Shown one piece after another: positions 38,880-48,989 of a stretch of DNA of 64,000 nt. A program made the translations under genes and the position numbers. The first letter of the stretch is position 1; the number at the start of each line of letters is the position of its first letter. Below the pieces are notes generated by a model. That model was given only the letters and a program-made list of their open reading frames with translations, was not told the DNA's origin and made no database searches. This DNA is from Anthoceros angustus (lineage: Eukaryota; Plantae; Anthocerotophyta), in the NCBI GenBank assembly GCA_010909165.1, contig MU008160.1:1736001-1800000 (forward strand), written 5' to 3'.

Positions 38880-40310
38880 TTACTTATCGTACAAGTGTTT
38901 GGTGTGTCCTTCATATTTTTCACATGGGAAGCACTTAACCACACCATCTTAATCCCTCTTTTCACATACATACTCCATGGGAACTTCATGGTCATCCTTT
39001 CCTCCGGAAGAACCAAGTAGGTTGCCTTGCATAAGTTTCAAATGGCGTAGGAACTAGGAATTTTCCTTTTGCACTTGCTCTCTCTTGAGTAGGTCGTAGA
39101 GGTAGGGCAAATCTCACATGGCTTGTGCCCACACTCTTATCTACACCGCAAAATAGCGAGATATTATTAGGAAAATGTTAGTTTAGTTTACGGTTTTTGG
39201 TATCATCTTTCCTACTCACTCCTTGGCTCTTCCTGTTGTCGCTATTACATCCTCTATGCCATTTACATTTAGGATGTGATCTCCACTTGGGCTACCCTCA
39301 CAAATAGCCGAGGGTCTCTTCGGTTTTATAGAGTCCTCGACTCTTCCGAATCTTCATTCATTTTGAAGTCATCATATTCGGCCTCGATTGGTGATCTGGC
39401 TTTATCGGATTATCTACATCCATATTTATTAGCATTTTATGCACTCAAAATTTTTATGCAATTTATTTTGCAATTTATTGACTTACGAACTTTGACTTCT
39501 CTCACAACGACCTTGGATTTTTCCATAGCGCCCCACCAGTGATATCATCCTCTTCATCGGGTATGTCATCACTCTTTGCAATAGGTTGACGCACCGCAAG
39601 AAATTCGATCAAGTTTGGGTCATCCGGTTCCTCCCAAGATCGATAATGTCGGTACAACTTCATCCGGTACCACAAGTGGTGCACGGGCTGCACGTTTTCC
39701 TTCTTTCTTTCTTCGCAAGTATCCTCCTTCGCCACCAAGTGCTTGTTTGATTTTATCGGCACCCATGTTTCTGCCTCACGGAGTGGGGGCAGGACCTCCC
39801 GCCAATGCAGATATTTATCAAGCAACTCAGCAATTTATCAATTTATTTAGCAATTTCCAGCAATTTATTTCAGCAATTTATTTCAGCTATTTCCAGCATA
39901 TAAATCCAGCAAATATTTCAAAATTTGATTCGTGGCGAGCACCTTTTATGCGACGACGGATTCCCGCCAAATTATCGCTATTTTCTCACCGATCTTGGCA
40001 GATTAGCGCGGCCGGGCGACTTGATCGCGTGGATCGCGATAGATCGCCAAATCAATGCCGGAGTGATGGATCTGGATCGGATGGGTGGGGATGATCGGAT
40101 GGCGCGGATGCGGCATGGGATGGCCGGAGCGGCCGGGTCGATGGCGGCCACCGATCGAGCGCAGATCTCGAGGATTGATGCACCCGAGGTGCGCGGAGCC
40201 GGCGGGGGAGAAGACGGTTTTGTCTCCCGTTCGTAAACCGGCGCGGGAAGCGCCGGCGCCCCTACCCGCCACACCAGCGAGGAGGGCCGTTCGCTTTATT
40301 TATAGGCCGA
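38880..40310 (-). other. Putative spliced antisense gene in the copia 3' internal region
   Basis: Minus-strand TATAAATAAA ~40295-40304; ORF 39502-39825; gtaagt donor ~39486 and ...gatgtag acceptor ~39413; further coding-like segments to ~38880. Confidence 0.4.
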
Positions 40311-40810
40311 AATGGGCCTATCCTGTTTTAGCTTTTATTTATAGGCCATTTTGTGGCCCGTCTATTTTGTTTTTCATTTTCTTTATGCCTATATTAAGTC
40401 CTTATTTATGACTTGATTATATGTTAGATGCTTAAGTTTTTAAGACCTTTTCTTAAGCGATAACTTTAGGTTTAGTGGGAGCCTATTTAACATTTAGGCC
40501 TCATTTTAAAGGCTAGACTTCACCCCTATATTCATAGTGAGTGGGAGTGATGAAATAGGTCTAGATTAGGGCACTATTCATTAGGCCTCATAACTTAAAC
40601 ATTATTATTTACCTAGGGTTATTTAGGTAGTTAGTAGTTATATTAGTTATATTGGTTACAACAACTTACGGTTGCAACTACTTATGGTTGCAACCACTTA
40701 TGGTTGTAACCACCCAACTACCCAGCCTATTTAAAGGCTTGTACTTTACTCATTAAACACTTACTTACATTGTTTCTTCTTCTTCTAATCTAAGAGCTCA
40801 GATTCTCATC

Positions 40811-43800
40811 TAATCCATCCGATCCAAGTCACCCACAGACATTCTCCCTACTACATAGTCGGTCCTCCGACCATCGAGGCTGCGAGTCGAGGGAAGCGTT
40901 GGCACCAGTACGGTTCCCAGAGGTCATGGGTTCGCCCATCCTACCGTGTAACGGTGATGGCACGGGTGCGGAGTTTCCTGCGTCGGTGCCATAATATCTG
41001 TCGGTTAGGTCAAAGTCGGTCACCTGGCCGAAATTGTGTTGGGAGCCGCCTCCCGGGCTCGAGGAGAGGAAAGGTGGGCAGGGGTCATGAGGTACCTGCA
41101 TCCCATCGGATGGTGGCTTGAGATGAGGCGAACGCTCAACCACCGGCTTCAACATGGAGACATGGAAAGTGCGGCATATCCACCAATGTCAGTAGTTCGT
41201 CGAAGGCCACCGAGGTTTTGTGGGAGATACAAATGGGCCGGCGAATCGGTGGGAGAGCTTGTTCTTCCTGGACCAAAGGAGGTGTTTGGAAAGGTGGGTG
41301 CGGGTCATGAGGTACTGCATCCCATCGGATGGTGGCTTGAGATGAGGCGCAGCTCAACCACCGGCTTCAACATGGAGACATGGAAAGTGCGCATATCCAC
41401 CAATGTGTGGTAGTTCGTCCGGAAGGCCACCGGTTCACTTGGGGAGATACGTAATGGGCCGGCGAATCGGTAGGAGAGCTTGTTCTTCCTCATTGGACCA
41501 GGATTGTGTGGTTTCATCGAGCCATACTAGCTGTCCATCGCCAGGTGACGCCCGCCGATGTTTGTTAGCCGATTTGCTGTAGCGATCTTGAGCAGCTGTC
41601 AGTTTCTTACGTGCTTGTTGAATCTCGTGGAAGATGTCTTCCGCTGGCTCAGCCGCACCGCCATTGTCTCTGTGCAGAGGGCCACAAACCAGGTGGAGGC
41701 GGACACTCACCGAGAGAAGTTTGTAGGAGCAACGCCTGGCAATTTGACGAGGTATTGTAATGATATTCCAATAATGGCAACATTGGTCTCCCTTGCTTCT
41801 CGTGGAGGAAGTGTCGAACATGTCTTCTAGGACCGATTGTGTTTCTCCGTTTGTCCATCTGACTCAGGGTGGCATGAAGAGGAGAGGTTTTGTTGTATAC
41901 CCAACGTTTCTGTGAAAGTCCTCCAAAACCCTGAAGTGAACAGGTTCTGCCTGTCGGACATCGTCTGTGTAGACGAAAATCTCACGATGAACAATGGGCA
42001 AGTTTTCTTGATGAAACCGCGTAGTCGGATGAGGTGACATGTCTTGGACAAACGGTCCATGACCACCCATATACTATCCTTGCCAGATCGAGTTCGGGGT
42101 AGATGCATGATAAAGTCCATTGAAATGGACCTGAACACCAGTATTCTGGCAGGGTAATAACAAGCGTTGTTTCTCATTCTTGCTTTTGCTTGCGGATGCG
42201 TGAGGGACCCAATCGATGGTATCAGCTCGGAGGCCATCCCAATAGAAATGCTCTTTCACCCGTGCATATATCTTGTCTATGCCGAGATGTCCAGAGATAG
42301 GGCTATCGTGTAGATCGTGGAGAATAGCTCTCCTCACATCCGGCAGCTGCTGAGGTATGACCAGGCGTCCCTTCTTGTACAAACACGCATCCTTGATGGT
42401 GTATTCCTGCATGAGGCTAGTGGGTACACCTGTCTGAGCATCTGTCAATAATTGTTGGTATGTCGCCCATAACGCAGGTCGATTGGAAGGGACTGACCGA
42501 CGATGGTGTCCAACTGGGTAGTCATAAGAGAGCAAGCTTACGGTGAGGGCCCCGCCACCACATTAGTAGGCCTCAGAACGCATTTTGATTTCAAAGTTGA
42601 AATCTGCCAAATATTCCGACCACCGGCGTTGTCCAGCATTCAGGTTAGGCTGACTGAAAAAGTGCTGTAATGAGTGATGATCAGTGTGGCATATGAACTT
42701 CTGGCCAAGTAAATAATGTTGCCATGTTTTCATTGCATGTACCATGGCGAGCATCTCCTTATCATGTACCGCGTAATTCAGTTGGGCACCTTGTAGCTTC
42801 CGGGATTCATAAGCAATGGCTTTGCCATTCTGAGAGAGAACGGCTCCAATAGCAAAGTCAGAAGCGTCGGTGTGCACTGTGTAAGGCAATTTGGGGTCCG
42901 CAACTGCCAGGATGGGTGCTGAACTGAGAGCTTGTTTAAGAGTGAGGAATGCTTGTTCAGCATCCTTACCTAGCTGAAGCTCCTTGCCTTGCAGATCGGC
43001 GGGCATCACCAAGGGAACGCGATCTGCTAAAGTCCTTGATAAATCAGAGAACCCGCCATGCCAAGGAAACCACGCAGATGTGTGATGTCCTAGGGCAGTG
43101 TCCATTTGGAGATTGCTTTGATTTTGCGAGTATCCACTTTGATTCCCTCGAGGCTGATAAGGTGACCCAGGTATTCGCACTCCTCCTTCATGAATACACA
43201 CTTACTCCGTTTTGCTAGCAGCTTATGTTTTCGCAAAAGGTTAAATACTCTCCTCACGAGTTCACAATGTTGTTGTGGCGTTGCTGTGTAGATCAGGATG
43301 TCGTCGAGGAAGACCTCGACGCCATGCCCTATCAGGGGACGTAATATCTCCTGCATTAGGCATTGGAAAGTGGCAGGTGCGTTTGTAAGACCAAAGGGCA
43401 TTACTATGAACTCGAAGTGTCCATGCCTGAGGAGCAGCGGTTTTGTATTAAATCACCTTCTCGGATCCGAATCTGATGGAAGCCAGGGCGTAGATCCACC
43501 TTGGTGAAGTACTTGGCCCCATGTAATAGATCCAGGATTTCATCTATCCGCGGCATCTGATAGACATTCCTAACTGTGGCTCTGTTTAGGCCTCGGTAGT
43601 CGATGCACAGCCTCCATCCTCCATCCGGTTTTCCAACTAGTAGCACGGGAGCACCAAAGGGAGATACGGAAGGTCGGACGAATCCCTATTGTAAGAATTC
43701 ATCCACCTACCGCTTTATCTCTTCGCTTTCTGATGCTGATGCTCTGTATGGCGAGATACTCACAGGTTTGTGACTCGGCACTAGTTCGATGGCATGGTCG

Positions 43801-44087
43801 ATTGCCCGGCGCAAGGGCAGTTCTGAGGGCGGCTCGAAGATGTCCAGGAACTCACTAAGCAGGTCCTTCATCTCTTGGGGTAAGGCTGCCTCATCCTTCT
43901 CCGCTTGTGCTGCCCTGGACTCTGCTGTGCCCTCTAAGGGTAGGACTTTCTTGAGCTGCACCACATACAGAAATCTGCCCTGGGCAGTGGCTTTGTTTAG
44001 AGCTGACACTGCAAACAAGTGTTTGTCGGGGACATATTTGTCTCCCTTCATTTCATGTTGTTGTTGTTCTAGGCTCAATGGGTTCAA
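40811..44087 (-). mobile_element. Ty3/gypsy chromovirus pol (RT, RNase H, integrase, GPY/F, chromodomain remnant), PPT and LTR start; 5'-truncated
   Basis: [81 protein letters not shown]; PPT gtagggagaa then TGTCTG at ~40841. Confidence 0.92.
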
Positions 44088-45191
44088 GCACGGTTAGGTA
44101 GACCACATATGTGGGGACGGACGCAACGTGGAAATATGTCCACATGTGGACATATTTACCTTCCAAAAACTCTTCTCGCTAGAATAATGATCGAAGTGAT
44201 TCAAGTTTTTCCCAAAACTAAGAGCATGGCAACAAGTCCACGATGCCGATCTTAAGGATATGATTTTGCATTTGGTATTTAATTATTTGATCATGGATGG
44301 ACAAGTGAGCTTTGGATACAAAAGTGAGCACAAGACACACAACCCAAGCTCATTTGAATTTCAACGCAAACGTCAAGTGAACACGAGAACACTAAAAGTG
44401 AGTCTTTGTCACGAAGTTGGAACTTGTTCAAATTTCAAAGTTTGGAATAATTTCAAAAAGTGGATTTTCATTTCAATTCAAGTGAATTTCAAGAGCAACA
44501 AGGAACATCGAAGTGAAGCATGGTCACAAACATAACAATAAACTTGTTTGTATTTCAAAGTTTTGTCTAAGCGGGATTTTCAAAAGATGGTAAGTACCCA
44601 TGTTGAAAAGACTTGTCACGATGAGAGCATAACCGCCATCTTCACGCTGCGAGACCTTTCACCACGCTTGCGCAGGCGCTCGGTGCCGTGTGAACCATGT
44701 GATCTTGTGGCTGCGAGGAGGAGGAGAGGCGGGAAGGGAGCCCGTCCGGGCGAGGCAAGGAATTGAATGGCTCCAGCGCCTCCTCTCGGGTGCACTTAGG
44801 AGCAAAACACGCACTGCCGGTGGAGGAAAAGCAAATTCGAGTTGCATCTTTGCGTGTGGAAGATGGAGCATCTTTGTGCGTAGCGGATGTTAGGCAAGAG
44901 GCGGGGAGCATCCCCGCATGGAGGAGGATTGTCACGGTGATAATCATACGGCGGAGGTGGGTGTGAGGCGGCTTCTCCGGATCGAAGAACCCTCAATGAG
45001 TGAGGAGGGAACTAGTCTACGAGGGCAAAAGACACAGTCCTCTTTCATCCACAGGCGGTCAAGGCGATTCGTGCACGGCAAAGGCGGGATCTCACCAGTC
45101 GTGATGGGGCCAGCACAATGTGGGCGTGCTCGAGAACTTGGCTCGTTTTCGGATGTAGAACTGCCCACTTCAATTCGATAGCAAGGCTAAG

Positions 45192-48100
45192 GTGTTAGAT
45201 GCTTTTTCCGAGCTTGTGGCCTCAAGGAATTCTTCCCCTGCCGTTAGGGGTGAAGGCTCGAAGCCACATCCTCGCTCCAAAACATCGGCGGCCATGAAAA
45301 GCTGCGAGTGTGACGTCGATCACTTGAAGGCAAGACAAACCTTTATGAATATTGTGCTAACTAACGACGGCGTGAGGCAAGCAAGCGCCTTGGGCCGAGT
45401 CCTTGGGGTCGGTGAGTTGTGGCACGCCATCTTCAAACCCAGCGATTTGCAAAGTGCACCGGAGGAGGCTGTGGTGTGTGGGACGGAAGGCTCGTTCGAT
45501 TGTTTGCCCAAGGGGTTAAGGCTTTTGCAATTTTGGGAGTCGGCGTCAAGGCCTTCCTCCAACTCCAAGGATGCGAGGCGGCGTGGTGGCTCCTCTTGTC
45601 TTCCACGCATCATCCATTTCCTAGATACCTCTCGGGTGATTCGATTCACGCAATTTCTCTTTCTTGCTTCCACGGTGTGCGCTGCATGGTGGGTGCGTCT
45701 CCTTGCCCAGTGCAGGCTAGTCTATGCTTGCAATGAACACTGCCACTAACCCTTTAACTTGTTTCAGCAAGCCCATCGGGATCATCACTATATGTGATGT
45801 GACACTTGGTGCCACTTATCACTCCATGTTCGAGTTTCCTCTGTGTGGCTCGTCGCTTGACACCTTCATCTCTTTGCTTGCGCCATGCTTGCCACAGCTC
45901 TTGTTTAGTTGCTCTTGCTCTGGTCATTTGCCGGGCTCGATCATTTTTGCTCCATGGTCATTTGCCACAGCTGTGCTCATTTTCTCGGCTCCGGTCATTT
46001 TATGCTCTGCTCGCTCCTTGTCATTTACTCGCTCCTTGTCATTTGCTCGCTCCTTGTCATTTGCTCGCTCCCTCATTTTTCAGCTGCTTGCTCATTTGCT
46101 CGGCTCCTTCTCATTCGCTCGGCTCACGTCGGGTTCACAGCTCCGCTCATTTGCCACGGCTCGATCATTTGGCACCTCCGCTCCTTTGCCATGGCTCGAT
46201 CATTTGCTCTGCGTGCAATGTTCATTTCTTGTAGCTCAGTTCACTCGAGGATATACAAGGCTCACACCTTTGTGAGTGGGGCACTTCATGTGGCTCTGTG
46301 TCCTTGTGCAGCTCCACTCTATCTACTTTGTTTGGTCACATCTTGGTGTCCCGGCTTTTAGAGGAGATGTTACGAGCATACATTGTCGTGAGTGATGTGC
46401 GGAGTTTTTGCGCTTTCAAAAGGAGAATCCGGATATCAAGATTGGCCAACGAGCATTGACTGAAGCCCTTCTTCATCAAATCCAAGAGAGAAATGTCATT
46501 GTTGCGGTACCATGTCGAGATGGCATTTTGAAAGACGCTACGAATGCCACGATGCCACATCAAAGGTGCACCTCGTGTGCACGTGTACCGTGGGTGTGGA
46601 GAGGAACCCGAGGAGGGGACAAGTGCCACGCGCATCGGAGATGTTTTCATCCGTCCAGAGATGGTGCACTCTTTATGCCCTAGAGCACCGGATGAGGGGG
46701 CATAGGCGAAAATGTTTGCTTGGTAAATGCGCTGTGGAGTTTCAAGCGGCCTCTGTCCTAAGGAGGTTTCACAAGCATTTTTGCCGGAGATGAAGCTGAA
46801 GTGGCGGTGCTTCGAATATCAGAGGGTGGGAGTGAATGAGGACGGAACCTCCAAGTCCAGAATAAAGCTAGTTTACAGGGAAACCCATCCGTCGGCGATG
46901 ATTGAATTTCTTAAGGATATATTGACTGCTTTCATTTCACGTCCAAAGATGGCAAGCCCTGGAGTTTCGGAAGTGCATTGATTGGTTTCCCGAGGATGTG
47001 ATAGTTTCTGTTATGGACTTTTCGCAAAACTATGCTTTTCAAGTTCAGAATGAGATATAATCAATGCACTGGCATAGTGATCAAGTTACTATTCTAGTTC
47101 ATGTTACATATGCGGATGGGGCCGGTGGTGGAGGAGGACCCTAGTAATGTTCAAGTTTTACCACTTTTACATTAGTGATGACATGCGACATGACACTCTC
47201 TTTGTCCGGCATGCCCTTATGCTACATTGGGGACTCTTGTCAAATGGATACAAGAGTCCACGAGAGCATTGGATGTGGTCGGATGGTGCGACCAGATTTA
47301 AGGCTTGCGGACCAAGCTATTTTGTGGCGGTACCCAAGTCTACCAGGAGGATGCGAATCTTTGTGGAGCTATTTTGGGTCGAGGCCACGGAGCACGGGGG
47401 CGTGCCATATTAAAGAGGGCACTACGTCAAGAAGACATCACCTTCATCGACAAAGGCTGCAGTGTTGTCGACTTCTGTCCAGTATATCAATCAATGCATC
47501 CTCCTATGCAAGTGGAGAAAGCGGTGCAAAGGGTTTTTGGTTGGTGGGAAAGAATGAAGTCAACCGCAGTGACGGTGGTGTGCACCAATCCGGGTTCTAA
47601 AGGCATGCAGCATATATGGTGACTCGGTGGATGCAACCCTCGGCTCAAGATGGCATCTTGCGTGTTTTTTGTCTTGTGTGCATGGGCGGTGACCATGGAG
47701 CATGTGAGGCAGTGCCCTATACGAGCATATGGCATTCGATTACGAGGGAGAGAGGGCGTTGGTCGAATTGGACCGTGACCGCACCATTAATGCTACATGC
47801 GGTTGGTCGGATGGGCCGATCCTGCTGCTAATGGTGTTGCTAGTGAAGATGTCTCGAAATTGCGGACCTCTTGGAGCTTGGAGACAACTTTGTGGTGTGC
47901 GGATCCGGCGAAGGTTCAACTTTTATTTGGCAAAGTGCAGCATTGCGTGCATGACCCGAGACTCTTTTATGCTTGACTCGGACACTGGAGTCGAGTCCTT
48001 TAAGGCTTGTGAGGAGAGAGCACAACCCATTTGTGTTTTCGTGACGACTCTAAGGCCTCAATTGTACATATGCCAAACGAAATTGAAATGACCTTGACGA
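45192..48100 (+). mobile_element. Sola2-like DDD transposase gene, frameshifted
   Basis: FWESASRPSSNSKD; NPDIKIGQRA; KWRCFEY; DFSQNYAFQVQNEI*SMHWHSDQVTILVH; YISDDMRHD; WMWSDG; these resemble the Sola2 DF.ENY/Q..HW/SD..HD/SDG pattern. Confidence 0.75.
45950..46210. repeat. ~19-bp degenerate tandem repeat (tcatttgctcgctccttg), probably intronic in the Sola2-like gene
   Basis: Direct reading. Confidence 0.8.
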
Positions 48101-48989
48101 ACTTGTAAATACCATGGTCTTGCTCAAGATGTGGCCATATTCACCGTGATGACCTCCACTCGCTTGGGATCTGGAGCACTTTGCTTGACTTGCGACCTTG
48201 CGGGTGACAATGCCCAACTTAAGCGCCTTTTAAAACCCCATCTCGTGGAAGACCTTGGAAGAGCCAAAGATTGATGCAAGTGAGTCATGGCCCGACGTCA
48301 GTCGCGGTGTCGGCGTGTGGCGATGGCGGTGGTGTCGTGCGATGGCGGTAGCGGGTGTTGCGATGCGGCGGGTGTCGGTGCGATGGCGGATCACGGATGG
48401 TAGGCGGAGACCATTCATGGCTCGGGCGACCTCTTGGCAAGTGTCGGAAGACTTGCGTAGTCATTTGGTGGTGATCGCGGCGGATCCCGGTATGGCGATG
48501 CGGAAAGGGTCGCCACGGCCCGGCGAGGCGTCGGTGATCACGTCGTCGGCCACGAGGATGAGGCGAGGATACACAATCGGTGAAGTCAAGCTAGTCTCTA
48601 AGAAGGGACCAAGAAAAGGGCCATCTAGTGTTTGGGAGAAGTTCATTTTCTGGCCCATGTTTGTTTGCGTGTTTAGGCGTGGTGTGTTGGAAGGAAGGCT
48701 CTCCCTGTGTACATGCGGGAGGCGCTTATTGTTTCTGATGAAGCACTTCAAAATTGTCAAAGATTCTATCAAGTATGTCATTTTTGTCTTTTCTAGTCTC
48801 CATTAATGTCTAGGGAGCGGCTTAGAACCACAAAGCCCTTTAAGGCTATGGGGGATACACTTTGCGCACCCTCCCCAAAGGTGACATTATGCCCATCTTA
48901 AGTTTTAAATGTTTGGGTCCTGGGAGGAATCCCATCAAAATAGACAAAAACCATTAAACTTAATGATTGGAACAAGAAGATTGTTTATG

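Larger units (their letters stand above)
33498..40810 (+). mobile_element. Full-length Ty1/copia LTR retrotransposon with near-identical ~265-bp LTRs
   Basis: LTRs 33498-33762 and 40548-40810; PBS tggtatcagagc (tRNA-iMet) 33763-33774; PPT agtgagtgggag 40536-40547; TSD-like tctat/tctaa. Gag, protease, LWHCRLGH, DNGGEF, KARLVARG and RNase H motifs occur in order but frameshifted. Confidence 0.95.

Noticed and set aside
45724-46361. Three overlapping hydrophobic ORFs
   Set aside because: Translations of a pyrimidine-rich tandem repeat, probably intronic.
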